From: an uncultured Chloroflexia bacterium
Lineage (GTDB): Bacteria; Chloroflexota; Limnocylindria; Limnocylindrales; CSP1-4
Direction of reading: 5' to 3'
DNA: 64,000 bases
NCBI GenBank assembly: GCA_963768655.1
Contig: CAVYIM010000006.1
Span: 1 to 64,000 of the forward strand
Under the pieces are notes generated by a model. The model did no database searches. It was not told the origin of the DNA and worked only from the letters and a program-made list of their open reading frames with translations. Shown here piece after piece: positions 9,200 through 19,592 of the stretch. Each line of letters starts with the position of its first letter. Positions within the stretch are counted from its first letter, which is position 1. The position numbers and the translations under genes were made by a program.

Positions 9200-9933
9200 A
9201 CGGGCACCGCCTCAGATCGAACGGCCAGGAGTTGGCCGTCGGTCCGACTCTCCCAGGTGCTCTCGGCAACGAAGATGCGGCTCACGATCAACCCGAACTC
9301 GAGCGACAGCCCCGCGCACGTCGAGCTCGTTCGCTCCAGCTCTTCGCCGTAGCGGGCGACGGTGTCCAGAACGACGACGACCTCCACGTCCGCGTCCGGT
9401 CTGGCCTCGCCGCGGGCGCGCGCGCCATGCAGGAATATGCCGGCGAGCCGATCGGCGTAGAGCGGCCGCAGCACTTCTGCCAGACGGCCCGCGACTTCGA
9501 GGCCCAGAGCATCGGGTCGAGGAGGGTCCGTTTGCGAGAGTCTGGCCGCGTTTCCGGCGCGGGGCGGCCTGATTGGCGCCGGCGCTGTGTCTACAGGGCC
9601 AGGCAGGGTCGGCTCGGGACCTGGCTCCGAGGCGGGCGCGGCCGGGACGCTAAGGAGAGTCCGGACCATTGTCGCGAAGGGGGAGGAAGCGGCCGTGAAG
9701 TAGACCTGGTGCCCTTCAGCCCGACGGTCCGCGAGGCCGGCCGCTACGAGCCGCGCGAGCTCACGGCTGGCGGTTCCCGGACTCGTCCCGACGCGGCGCT
9801 GGATCTCGCGCAGGTGTAGGCGCTGCCCCGGCTCGGCCATCAGGAGGGCCAGGATCCGGCGCCGGATCGAGGATCTGCCGAGGGTTAGCTCAGTCGCGAG
9901 AATGTTCTCAGACACGAGAACGATCGTCCTCAT
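9196..9933 (-). CDS. winged-HTH + minimal nucleotidyltransferase (MNT) fusion
   Basis: N-terminal LHLREIQRRVGTSPGTASRELARLVAAGL; C-terminal LHGARARGEARPDADVEVVVV; start at 9933 or GTG 9915. Confidence 0.8.
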   Translation of the reverse strand: MRTIVLVSENILATELTLGRSSIRRRILALLMAEPGQRLHLREIQRRVGTSPGTASRELARLVAAGLADRRAEGHQVYFTAASSPFATMVRTLLSVPAAPASEPGPEPTLPGPVDTAPAPIRPPRAGNAARLSQTDPPRPDALGLEVAGRLAEVLRPLYADRLAGIFLHGARARGEARPDADVEVVVVLDTVARYGEELERTSSTCAGLSLEFGLIVSRIFVAESTWESRTDGQLLAVRSEAVPV

Positions 9934-9953
9934 ACATGGAACAATCGTACTCC
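9916..9953. promoter_or_regulatory. two imperfect GAAC-N4-GTTC-like palindromes at the MNT promoter/start
   Basis: GAGAACGATCGTCCTC (9916-9931) and GGAACAATCGTACTC (9938-9952); TACGAT -10 on the minus strand lies inside the second. Confidence 0.55.
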
Positions 9954-10075
9954 AAAACGAGGACAGATCACCGTTCCTCGCGAGGGGCGTGGCGGAGATC
10001 CTCCACGTCCCATGCCGGGCCTTCTCCGGCCTCAACTCGAGGGCGCCGGCCGATCAAGCTTGGCATACTCATGTC

Positions 10076-10909
10076 ATGACCGGACGGCCATCTCGCGAGC
10101 AAGCCTCGGACGTCCAGGAATCCGGCGGGGTTGGCCTGAGTCCTCGCTCCCGTTTCGACCGGCTCGACGAGCAGGCTCCGCCGCGGCCGTTGTGGCGATA
10201 CCGGTTGATCCGGTTGGCGCTCCGCATCGTGACGGAGGCATACTCGAGCTTCAGGCTCGAGGGCGCCGAAATGCTGCCGGCCGGGCCGTCGATCCTGTGC
10301 TTCAGCCACCAGAACTGGATCGACCCGTTCTTCCTGATAGCGGCGCTTCCCGCGAGGCCACGGACGTACTTCTTCGGGCCCGAGGAAGAGGACATGACCC
10401 GGGGCTTTCGGAACGGACTGATGCGCTGGAGCGGCGTCGCGGTGCCGTACCAACCCGGTCGGCGCGGCCTGGTCGCGGCCACGAGTCGGGTCGAGGAGCT
10501 GTTGTCCTCCGGTGCTCGCATAGCCATAGCCGGGGAGGGCCGCATTCACGCCGGGGAGGGCGTGATTCTGCCGCTCCTCGAGGGACCGGCCTACATGGCA
10601 TTGCGATCGGGGGTGCCGCTAGTTCCGGTGGCGGTCAACGGGACCAGCTGGCTGGCCTTTCGGCGCCGGGTTCGGTTGAGGATCGGGCGACCGATCGCTG
10701 CGGCTGAGGACGACTCGAGGCCGCCGACGAGCGAGCCTGTGCAAGCCCTGACGGCTCAGATTCAGGCGGCCCTGCTCGAACTGGTGTCGGACTTTCCGGA
10801 CCCGCCCCGATCGCGCTGGATCGGCGGGCGCCTGACGGAACTGTTCAACGATTGGCCGGAGGGGACTCGTCCGTCGGTTCCGCCGCGCGGAGGCACGGCG
10901 GATCGTTAA
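10076..10909 (+). CDS. lysophospholipid acyltransferase (PlsC family)
   Basis: SHQNWID (HxxxxD), AGEGR, VPLVPVAVNGT. Confidence 0.88.
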   Translation: MTGRPSREQASDVQESGGVGLSPRSRFDRLDEQAPPRPLWRYRLIRLALRIVTEAYSSFRLEGAEMLPAGPSILCFSHQNWIDPFFLIAALPARPRTYFFGPEEEDMTRGFRNGLMRWSGVAVPYQPGRRGLVAATSRVEELLSSGARIAIAGEGRIHAGEGVILPLLEGPAYMALRSGVPLVPVAVNGTSWLAFRRRVRLRIGRPIAAAEDDSRPPTSEPVQALTAQIQAALLELVSDFPDPPRSRWIGGRLTELFNDWPEGTRPSVPPRGGTADR

Positions 10910-11034
10910 GTGATCGAGTCGGGTTCGGGCGTCGACGAAGCTCCGGCGCTGCTCGGGTTGATCGGAAGCATTTCGGGCGAGGGGCTCCGGCTCTGAGTCT
11001 GCGATACTGCGGCCGACAAGCAGAAGGAGGAGAA

Positions 11035-11400
11035 GTGGGCGCAACGGGCCTTGCCGCCAACCCGACCGAGTACCGCAGGCGACTCGGCGAACAGACCGAC
11101 GAGCAGCTCGATTCCTGGGCCAGGGAGCTGATGAGGGACGTGGCCATCCGGCGAGGCGTGATCAAGGTCGTTGCGGATGTGCGGCGGACTGCACGCCTCG
11201 ACGAGGCTGGTCTACGGCGCGTTTACGCCCGCGGCGGCGGTGCCCCGGCGACCGTCGGCTTCGACGCCCAGGGCAACCTGATGGTCCCGGCCATCTCGCT
11301 GCACTGCCTGGTGAGCGGTCTGCGCGCAGACGTCCCCCATGCCCGGGCGCGCCTGATCGACTACCTGGTAGCCAACTTCGACGAGATCGTCTACGTCTGA
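11035..11400 (+). CDS. hypothetical protein (121 aa)
   Basis: AAGGAGG RBS then GTG 11035; coding-like codon pattern. Confidence 0.7.
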   Translation: MGATGLAANPTEYRRRLGEQTDEQLDSWARELMRDVAIRRGVIKVVADVRRTARLDEAGLRRVYARGGGAPATVGFDAQGNLMVPAISLHCLVSGLRADVPHARARLIDYLVANFDEIVYV

Positions 11401-11641
11401 CCCGGAGCCTGGCGAGTCCCACGGAGTCCGGGCGTGAGCGCCCGCCTGGTCGGTTACCGCCGCCTGGTCCATCCTTTTTCGTCCATCCTCGACGCGGCTG
11501 CGATTGGGAGTCCGGGCGGCAGGAGGGGATATCGGTCAGGTGCGGTCGGGCAGGGTAAGGGTCGATGCGGGGAGGTCAGCGCGGGCTGCCCATAAGGGTT
11601 GGTCCGACTGGCGCGTCGGGATTGGCCACCGGAGTCGAACG

Positions 11642-12676
11642 CTAGTGGTCTGCGCCCCGCCGCACCAGAGCGATGGCGTTCTCGAGCCGGACGCGGGCGA
11701 TCATGAGGTGCTTCGCGAGGTTTGCGCGGTCCGTGTCGTCGATCGTCTTCATCACGTCCGACTGGATGACCGAGATGAGATCCGTGATGGCGTCGGCCAG
11801 CTGCGATCGGACGGCAATCAGGGAGTCGTCCGTCAGAGGCCGCCGGGGGCCCGTCCCGATCCAGTTGGCCTCAGCTTCAGCCTCGATCTCGTCTTCGACC
11901 GTGGCAGAGGAACCGGCTGCCTTGGCGGCTGCCTTGGCGGCTGCCTTGGCGGCGGGCTTGATCCGCGGAGCCTCGTCGATCCGCTCGCGAAGTTTCACCA
12001 GCGAAAGCTCGCCGCGAGCAACCATTTCGGCCAGCTTCTTGCGCTTCTTGGGGTCCGCCACCTTCAGCAGCTCGTAGGCGTGGGACAGAGTGTCTTTGCG
12101 CACAGACACCAGCTCGCGAATCTCGGCCGGAGCGTCGGCCAGGCGAAGACGGTTCTCGAGATACCCCTTGTCCTTGCCGAGCTTCTGGGCCAGCTTCCGG
12201 ATGCTGTAGCCGTGCTGGCGGATCATCTTGTCGTAGATCAAGGCTTCGTCCAGCGGAGAGAGATCCTCGCGCTGCAGGTTCTCGATGACCGCGATCTCGA
12301 GCGCCGTGTCGTCGTCGATATCCTCGATCAGGGCGGGGATGGTACCCATTCGCGCGGCAGTGGCCGCACGCCAGCGACGTTCGCCGGCGACCAGCTGGTA
12401 GCGGCCCGCGGGCAGCGGCCGAACCAGGATCGGCTGCAGAACACCGTGTTCCTTGACGGAGGCCGTGAGGTCATCCAGGCCTGCCTGGTCCATCGCAAGG
12501 CGCGGCTGATTGGGGTTCGGGTCGACCCTGTCGACAGGGATGTTGCGGACCGCGGACGGCCGGATGACAGTCGTGTCGTCGGCGGCGAGCAGGCTGAGGA
12601 CGTTCTGCGAGAGCTCCTGACCTCTCTCCTCGTTCAGGCGAGCGGAGGCGGCGGCCCGGAAATCTGGCCTAGCCAA
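11642..12676 (-). CDS. parB: ParB/Spo0J partition protein
   Basis: PNPNQPR, GVLQPILVR, VAGERRWRA, IENLQREDLSPLDEA. Confidence 0.95.
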   Translation of the reverse strand: MARPDFRAAASARLNEERGQELSQNVLSLLAADDTTVIRPSAVRNIPVDRVDPNPNQPRLAMDQAGLDDLTASVKEHGVLQPILVRPLPAGRYQLVAGERRWRAATAARMGTIPALIEDIDDDTALEIAVIENLQREDLSPLDEALIYDKMIRQHGYSIRKLAQKLGKDKGYLENRLRLADAPAEIRELVSVRKDTLSHAYELLKVADPKKRKKLAEMVARGELSLVKLRERIDEAPRIKPAAKAAAKAAAKAAGSSATVEDEIEAEAEANWIGTGPRRPLTDDSLIAVRSQLADAITDLISVIQSDVMKTIDDTDRANLAKHLMIARVRLENAIALVRRGADH

Positions 12677-13436
12677 GTGCGATTACCTCCCTGGCGAGCT
12701 CCCGGAAGTTGTTGGCCGCGTCCGAGGCGCTGGCGTACTCGGTGATGGGCCGGCCCGTCAGCGGTGCCTCGCCGAGCTTGACGGCGTTTCGGATGATCGT
12801 GTCGAAGACGTGGTTCTCCCCATGCTCCCTCATCTCGTCGAGCATCTCGCGACCCAGGATGGTGCGAGGATCGTAGAAGGTGGGGAGGAGGCCCATGACC
12901 CGCAGGTTCTTGTTCAGCTTGGAGCGGATGGTCGAGATCACCTTGACGAGGGCGGCCAGGCCCTTGAGAGCGTAGTACTGGGTCTGCACGGGGATGATCA
13001 CGCTGTTGGCAGCGACAAGGCCGTTGATCGTCATCAGGCCAAGCGTCGGCGGGCAATCGATCAGAATGTAGTCGTAGTGGCCCCGGGCCCAGTCGTCGAC
13101 TGCCTCCGCGAGGGCGTACTCGCGGCCGATCGTGCTGAGAAGGTCGACCTCGGTCGAGGCCAGGTCGAGGGTGGCCGGGGCGACGTCGATGTTGGCCGTC
13201 TCGGTCGAGATGACTATGTCCTTGATGCGAAGCTGTGGATCGCCGAGGACGTTTGCCATCGAATGCTGGACCGTCGCCAGATTGATCCCGAGGCCGACCG
13301 TCAGATTTGCCTGAGCGTCCATGTCGACGCACAACACTCGCAGGCCCTTCTCCGCGAGCGCGCCCGCCAGATTGATGGCGGTGGTCGTCTTCCCGACGCC
13401 ACCCTTCTGGTTCGCGATCGCGATGACAATGGCCAA
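12669..13436 (-). CDS. parA: ParA/Soj ATPase
   Basis: NQKGGVGKTTT, DMDAQANLT, IDCPPTLG. Confidence 0.95.
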   Translation of the reverse strand: MAIVIAIANQKGGVGKTTTAINLAGALAEKGLRVLCVDMDAQANLTVGLGINLATVQHSMANVLGDPQLRIKDIVISTETANIDVAPATLDLASTEVDLLSTIGREYALAEAVDDWARGHYDYILIDCPPTLGLMTINGLVAANSVIIPVQTQYYALKGLAALVKVISTIRSKLNKNLRVMGLLPTFYDPRTILGREMLDEMREHGENHVFDTIIRNAVKLGEAPLTGRPITEYASASDAANNFRELAREVIALG

Positions 13437-13547
13437 GGGGTATCACCTCGCTCTTGGTGCTCGGTCTCGTGACGGTATTGATTGTGACGGGCCGGGATGG
13501 CGGAGTGGTGCCGAGATGCTACCGCAGCACGCTCCAGGCGGCCGAGC

Positions 13548-13632
13548 TTATCCACAGGAGTTCGAAGTTGTTCACCGATTCTGTGGATATCCACAACAAT
13601 CAATCCACCCCCCGAAGGTGTTATGTGGATGC
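13548..13632. promoter_or_regulatory. DnaA-box cluster upstream of parA
   Basis: TTATCCACA 13548-13556 (perfect); back-to-back TGTGGATATCCACA 13582-13595; weaker TTGTTCACC, CAATCCACC, TGTGGATGC. Confidence 0.7.
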
Positions 13633-14033
13633 GCTGGAGGAGCGATCTCGAATCAGCGCCCGTATCGCCTCCGGGCGTCTTTGCGCAAAGACGAGGACCC
13701 GGCCCGGTTCCACGGATCGCCGCTTGCATCACCCTCGGTAAGGGGCCCCGCCCAAGTTGCCTTCCAACGTCCCTCGCTCACGCAAATTGAGCGCCGGGAG
13801 CGGCCGTCGGCGCCGGCCGGCGCCCCTCGGCTCGGCAATCGGGCGGCGCCTCACCGACGCTCCGGCTCTAGGGGCTCCTCCCTAGCTGAGAACCCTGGCG
13901 TCAAGGATTGGCGAGAGCGTCGCAAGAGCCACGTTTTTCAGCACAGCTGGCTGGCACGGGAAGCCAGGTCCATGCCATCATCGACGAGCGCGCCCGCCTG
14001 GTCGGCAGGCGGAATTGCTGGAGGAAGCGGCAC

Positions 14034-15737
14034 GTGTCGGAGGACCAGGGAGTCAACCAGGGCGAATCGAAGGAGGGAGTCGCGCCCGATCCCGGTCGGG
14101 AGCGTTGGCGCGGTACCACCCGGGCAAGAGCGGTTTCCCGCTCTCCGGAGCGCCAGGAGCGGTTTCTTACCACGTCGGGAGTCGAGATCCAGGATCTCTA
14201 TACGCCGGCCGACGTGGCCGGCCTGGACGAGAACCGCGACCTGGGCCGTCCCGGCGAGTATCCCTACACCCGGGGCGTCCAGCCGACGATGTATCGCGGC
14301 CGCCTCTGGACGATGCGCCAGTACGCCGGGTTCTCGACCGCCGAGGACACCAACCGCCGCTTCCGGTACCTCCTCGAGCAGGGCCAGACCGGACTCTCCG
14401 TCGCTTTCGACCTGCCGACGCAGATGGGCTACGACTCGGACGCTCCTCAGGCCGAGGGTGAGGTTGGGCGGGTGGGAGTGCCGATCAGCTCGCTGGCCGA
14501 CATGGAGGTCCTGCTCGACGGGCTCCCGCTCGGAACCGTCAGCACGTCGATGACGATCAATGCCTCCGCCGCCGTGCTCCTGGCCCTGTACGTGGCCGAG
14601 GCCGAGAAACAGGGCGTTGCCCGTGGACAGGTCAACGGCACGACCCAGAACGACATCCTGAAGGAGTACATCGCCCGCGGCACCTACATCTTCCCCCCGC
14701 GGCCCTCGATGCGGCTGGTGACTGACATCTTCGAGTTCTGCTCGAAGGAGCTCCCTCGCTGGAACACCATCAGCATCAGCGGCTACCACATGCGCGAGGC
14801 CGGAGCCACTGCCGCCCAGGAGCTGGCGTTCACTCTCGCCGACGGCATCGCCTACGTCGAGGCCGCCCTCAGCCGTGGCCTGGACATCGACGACTTCGCC
14901 GATCGCCTGAGTTTCTTCTTCGCGTCATGGAGCGAGCTCTTCGAGGAAGTGGCCAAGTTCCGCGCCGCGCGCCGGATGTGGGCCCGGATCGTCAAGGAGC
15001 GGTTCGGCGCCACGAATACCCGCTCGATGGCCTGCCGCTACCACGTCCAGACCGCCGGCTCATCGCTCACCGCCCAATCGATCGACAACAACGTGGTCCG
15101 GACGACGGTCCAGGCGCTGGCCGCGGTCCTGGGCGGTGCCCAGAGCCTCCACACCAACTCCCGCGACGAGGCTCTGGCCCTGCCGACTGCCGAGGCCGCG
15201 CGGCTGGCGCTCCGGACGCAGCAGATCCTGGCGTACGAGTCAGGCGTCACCGAGACTCCGGATCCGCTGGCAGGTAGTTACTACGTGGAGTCGCTCACGA
15301 ATAGCCTCGAAGCCGCCGCCAACGACTATCTGGCCGAGATCGACGCGCTCGGCGGCACGCTGGCCGCGATCGAGGCCGGCTATCAGCAGCGCCAGATCCA
15401 GGAATCGTCCTACCAGGTCCAGCGAGCCGTGGAGAGCGGCAAGAAGGTCGTAGTCGGAGTGAACATGTTCCGCGACGAGACGACTTCCACTCCGCCGCTA
15501 CAGCGGATCGACCCGGAGGGAGAACGGCGCCAGTGCGCCCGTGTGCAGAGGGTTCGGGCGGAGCGCGATGCCGCGGCCTGGGAGGCCGCCCTGCGCCGTC
15601 TCGAGGATTGCGCCCGGGGGGAGGAGAACCTGATGCCGCCGATCATCGAGGCCGTCAAGGCTTACGCCACGGTTGGCGAGATCTGCGATCGGCTGCGGGG
15701 CGTCTGGGGCGAGCACCGGGAGTTGATCACGGTCTGA
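14034..15737 (+). CDS. methylmalonyl-CoA mutase, catalytic N-terminal subunit (split type, no B12-binding domain)
   Basis: [53 protein letters not shown]. Confidence 0.95.
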   Translation: MSEDQGVNQGESKEGVAPDPGRERWRGTTRARAVSRSPERQERFLTTSGVEIQDLYTPADVAGLDENRDLGRPGEYPYTRGVQPTMYRGRLWTMRQYAGFSTAEDTNRRFRYLLEQGQTGLSVAFDLPTQMGYDSDAPQAEGEVGRVGVPISSLADMEVLLDGLPLGTVSTSMTINASAAVLLALYVAEAEKQGVARGQVNGTTQNDILKEYIARGTYIFPPRPSMRLVTDIFEFCSKELPRWNTISISGYHMREAGATAAQELAFTLADGIAYVEAALSRGLDIDDFADRLSFFFASWSELFEEVAKFRAARRMWARIVKERFGATNTRSMACRYHVQTAGSSLTAQSIDNNVVRTTVQALAAVLGGAQSLHTNSRDEALALPTAEAARLALRTQQILAYESGVTETPDPLAGSYYVESLTNSLEAAANDYLAEIDALGGTLAAIEAGYQQRQIQESSYQVQRAVESGKKVVVGVNMFRDETTSTPPLQRIDPEGERRQCARVQRVRAERDAAAWEAALRRLEDCARGEENLMPPIIEAVKAYATVGEICDRLRGVWGEHRELITV

Positions 15738-16011
15738 GGCGGTCCGTCGAGGCCTGCTCACGGGATAGCTGTCAGCAGCTGCGGCCACGCCCAAGTCTGG
15801 CAGCTGCCAGCAGCTGCCAGGGTCAATTCCCAGGAGCGGCTGCAGCCGGCCAGACTTCGAGAAGAACGCCCTTTCGAGCGTGAAGTGGAGGGCCGGCGAG
15901 GGTATCCGCCGTTTTCGCGCCACTGGACGAGCGCCGACGGGTACGCTACTCCCGGGCGAACATCGAACGCCTGTCCGGTCCGCCGCCCGCCCCGCTAATC
16001 GCAGGAGTGTC

Positions 16012-16476
16012 ATGGATCAGCTCGAGTCCTCCCTGCCCGAGAGCCTGAGAATCGGCAAGATCCACCATGTCGCCATCATCGTTCGCGATCTCCAGGTCGT
16101 TCTGGAGCTGTACCGAGACAAGCTCGGGCTCACTGTCGAGACCGTCATGCCGATCCCGTACGACCGTGTGACGATCGGATTCCTTCCAGTTGGCGAGGTC
16201 AAGATCGAGCTCGTTCAGCCGGACGACGATACGACTGGCGCGGCCAAGTTCCTCGAAGCGAAGGGCGAGGGGTTCCACCATGTCTGCTTCGAGGTGCCCG
16301 ACATCCAGACGGCGCTCGACAAGCTGGCGGCGGACGGTCTCCAGCTCATCGACAAGACTGCCCGAAAAGGGGCCGAGGGCCCGGTAGCCTTCGTGCACCC
16401 GAAGAGTTGCCACGGCGTGCTGGTGGAGCTGATCGAGGCCCCCGGCGGCCCGGCCTGGTCGAGGCTGGAGTACTGA
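16012..16476 (+). CDS. mce: methylmalonyl-CoA epimerase (VOC fold)
   Basis: KIHHVAI, KIELVQP, GEGFHHVCFEV, AFVHPKSCHGVLVEL. Confidence 0.9.
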   Translation: MDQLESSLPESLRIGKIHHVAIIVRDLQVVLELYRDKLGLTVETVMPIPYDRVTIGFLPVGEVKIELVQPDDDTTGAAKFLEAKGEGFHHVCFEVPDIQTALDKLAADGLQLIDKTARKGAEGPVAFVHPKSCHGVLVELIEAPGGPAWSRLEY

Positions 16477-16539
16477 GCCAGGCCGACCGCCGGCGGCGGC
16501 CAACGCTGCCTGAGTCTGCGCCGGAGCCATCGGCCGAAC

Positions 16540-17001
16540 CTAGATCGACCAGGCGAAGAGAACGTCTTCGGCGCCCTCGGCGCGGCGACAGAAGTCCAGG
16601 AGATCGCCGGCAAGCTCGCGCAGCATCGGCTTCTCGTCCGGATCGACGGAGCATTCCTCGCAATCGATGAGGTCGATCCAGCGCGCCGCGATGCGGTCCA
16701 GCTCGCCCTCGGGCAGGAGCGCCACGCCGTCGATCCATCCCGGGTCCACACGCTCCACGGTTCGGTCGCTGAGATTGGCCAGGTGACTCTCGAGTGAGAA
16801 GACGCTGTCACTGAATGGAGCGGGGGAGTCGGCACCTGTCATCTCGCGCGCGGCCTGGCTGAACAGATCGAGCCACGTCTGATCCATGCCGCCGCCCAGC
16901 GAGATGTAGGCGACGAAACGGGCGGGGTCGCGCAGCCCGGCCCAATCGTCCATGCCGACGGCGAGCAGGATCTCGCGGGCATCGCCCGCCACGAGATCCA
17001 T
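16540..17001 (-). CDS. hypothetical acidic protein
   Basis: ORF with coding-like composition ending ...[20 protein letters not shown]. Confidence 0.65.
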   Translation of the reverse strand: MDLVAGDAREILLAVGMDDWAGLRDPARFVAYISLGGGMDQTWLDLFSQAAREMTGADSPAPFSDSVFSLESHLANLSDRTVERVDPGWIDGVALLPEGELDRIAARWIDLIDCEECSVDPDEKPMLRELAGDLLDFCRRAEGAEDVLFAWSI

Positions 17002-17100
17002 CAGGACACCCACACGCCACCCCGTTTCGAGAAACGTCTCCGCCGGCGGTCGCCCGAGAGTATGAACCGAGGGCACTCCCCGGCGACAGTCCGAATCCGC

Positions 17101-17986
17101 CTACGCGCGGTAGCCGGCCTCGAGAAGGAGCCTGGGCAGGCTGCGTGGGGGAATCTGCGACGCGAACGCCCGCGGCCTCGAGCGCGGCGATCTTCTCCGC
17201 TGCGGTCCCAGAGCCGCCCGAGATGATGGCGCCGGCGTGGCCCATGCGCCGTCCCGGCGGCGCAGTCCGCCCCGCGATGAAGGCGGCCATCGGGACGCCC
17301 TTGAGGTGCTCGGCGGCGAATGCGGCCGCTTCCTCCTCGGCGGATCCGCCGATCTCGCCGATCATCACGATCGCGTCGGTGTCCGGGTCGTCGCGGAAGA
17401 GCTTGAGCACGTCGAGGAACGTGGTCCCGATGATCGGGTCGCCGCCGATGCCGACGCAGGTCGACTGGCCCAGCCCGGCATCGGTCATCGCCTGCACGGC
17501 CTCATACGTGAGCGTGCCCGAGCGCGAAACGACGCCGACGCGACCCGGCTTGTGGATCGAAGCCGGGATGATGCCCACTTTCGCCTGGCCGGGCGACGTG
17601 ACACCCGGGCAGTTGGGCCCGATGAGCCGCGCTCCGGCGCGCCGGGCCGCCTCGACGACGGAGATCATGTCCAGCGCCGGGATGCCTTCCGTGATGCAGA
17701 CGATCGTCTTGATGCCGGCGTCGACCGACTCGAGGATCGCGTCGGGGGCGCCGCTCGCCGGAATGTAGATGACCGAAGTGTTGGCGCCGACCTGCTTCAC
17801 GGCCTCGGCAACGGTGTCGAAGATCGGGACGGTGCCGTCGATGGCCGTCTGGCCGCCCTTGCCCGGCCGCGTTCCGGCGACGACCTTCGTGCCGTAGGCG
17901 ATCGAGGCGCGGGTGTGGAACTCGCCCTCCCGACCGGTGATGCCCTGGACCACCAGGCGCGTGTCGCGCCCGACGAGGATGCTCAT
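17101..17986 (-). CDS. sucD: succinyl-CoA synthetase alpha subunit; apparent +1 frameshift near 17140
   Basis: [32 protein letters not shown]; removing one base gives ...[15 protein letters not shown] ending at 17101. Confidence 0.93.
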
Positions 17987-19161
17987 CGCGCCGCCCCCTT
18001 CGCCATCGCTACCGCCTTCTCGGCGGCCTCGTCGAGCGAGGTCGCCGTCTCGAACTTCGCCTCCTCAAGCAGGCGCGCCGCCTCCACCGCGTTTGTGCCG
18101 ACGATGCGGACGACCATCGGCACCTCACGCGACTGCTCGGCTCGGGCCTCGATCAGGCCCGCCGCGACCTCGTCGCCGCGCGTGATGCCGCCGAAGATGT
18201 TGACCAGGATCGCCTTGACTTTGGCATCGGCGAGGATCAGATCCATGGCCCCGCGGACCGTCTCGTGGCGGGCGCCCCCCCCCACATCCAGGAAGTTGGC
18301 CGGCTCGCCGCCGAAGTTCTTGACCAGGTCCATCGTCGTCATGGCCAGGCCAGCGCCGTTAACCATGCAGCCGATGGTGCCGTCCAAGTGGATGAAGTTG
18401 ATGCCGAGCTTTCGGGCCTGGGCGTCCGTCGGATCCTCCTCATCGAGGTCGCGCAGCTCCTCGAGGCCGGCGTGACGGGCCAGGCCGGAGTCGTCCAGCG
18501 TGATCTTCGCGTCCAGGCAGACCAGACTCTGCCGCGGCTTCCCGTCCGCGCCTGTCTCGGCGACGATCGCCAGCGGGTTGACTTCGACCAGGTCGGCGTC
18601 GTTGGCCTTCATCGTGGCGTACAGACCCTGGGCGATCGCGACGAACGGATTGAGGAGGGGATCGCGCAGGCCGATCGCCAGACCGAGGCTGCGCGCCTGG
18701 AAAACCAGCAGCCCCAGCTCCGGGTCGGCCGAGACCCTGTGGATGGCGCCGGGGTTCTGACGCGCCACTTCCTCGATCTCGACGCCGCCCTCGGCGGAGG
18801 CCATCAGCACGATCCGGCGGCTGGCGCGGTCGATGATCGCGCCGAGGTAGTACTCCTTCACGATATCCGCCGCCGCACCCACGAGGACCTTGCGGACGGT
18901 GATCCCTTTGATGTCCATGCCGAGGATGCTCGAGCCGACCGCACGAGCCTCGTCCGCGGTGGCGGCCAGCTTCACTCCGCCAGCCTTGCCTCGCCCGCCG
19001 ACGAGCACCTGGGCCTTGACGACCACGCGGTCCGCCCCGGAGGCGAAGAAGCGTTCGGCCGCTGCCTTCACCTCGTCCGGGTTGCGGGCCACTTCCCAGG
19101 GCGGAACGGGCAGTCCCTGGGCGAGCATGAGCGACTTCGCGTCTGCTTCCTGGATCTTCAC
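17983..19161 (-). CDS. sucC: succinyl-CoA synthetase beta subunit
   Basis: [44 protein letters not shown]. Confidence 0.95.
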   Translation of the reverse strand: MKIQEADAKSLMLAQGLPVPPWEVARNPDEVKAAAERFFASGADRVVVKAQVLVGGRGKAGGVKLAATADEARAVGSSILGMDIKGITVRKVLVGAAADIVKEYYLGAIIDRASRRIVLMASAEGGVEIEEVARQNPGAIHRVSADPELGLLVFQARSLGLAIGLRDPLLNPFVAIAQGLYATMKANDADLVEVNPLAIVAETGADGKPRQSLVCLDAKITLDDSGLARHAGLEELRDLDEEDPTDAQARKLGINFIHLDGTIGCMVNGAGLAMTTMDLVKNFGGEPANFLDVGGGARHETVRGAMDLILADAKVKAILVNIFGGITRGDEVAAGLIEARAEQSREVPMVVRIVGTNAVEAARLLEEAKFETATSLDEAAEKAVAMAKGAAR

Positions 19162-19592
19162 GCCGGCCACTCCCGATATCTGGCAGACGAGGGGCGGTAC
19201 CGGAATCCACGGTGGCCCCCGGGTGCAATGGACCGATCCTAGCAGGAGGCAGGGGCGATGGCCTTCGCGCCTGCCCGAGAACCCCTACCCGTGGGACCCG
19301 GCCGCCCGGCGCTACCCGCCGAAAGCGATTCGAGGCCTGCGGACGCAGGGGCCAGGGCGGCCGGCCACCAGAATGGGCGTCGGCCGGTGCGGCTCTCATG
19401 CGTCGGCGTCTCTCGGTCGCTTTCGATCCGGGTCGCCGGGGAAGTCCCGTGTCTCCCTCGCCGCGACTGGCTGGCGTCGAGGATGCGTTGCAGGACGCCG
19501 CCGAGTCGAGCCACCGTGACCTGGTCGCCCTGGCCCTGCCTGGCTCCTCGCTCGCCTGTCGTGTCCGCCGGCTTCCCGATAGAATGCCCGAC

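Noticed and set aside
11620-11642. tRNA fragment or att site (GTTCGACTCC on the minus strand)
   Set aside because: No paired T-stem or acceptor stem.
11914-11952. 12-bp x3 repeat in parB (AAKA); also PTATPL repeats near 27740-27800 and murB N-terminal repeats near 42300-42395
   Set aside because: In-frame low-complexity linker expansions with no evidence of function.
13940-13980. Cobalamin riboswitch before the mutase (GGGAAGCCAGGTCCATGCC resembles a B12-box end)
   Set aside because: The 5' core (AGGGAA..GGTG..AATCC..ACTGT) is not visible.
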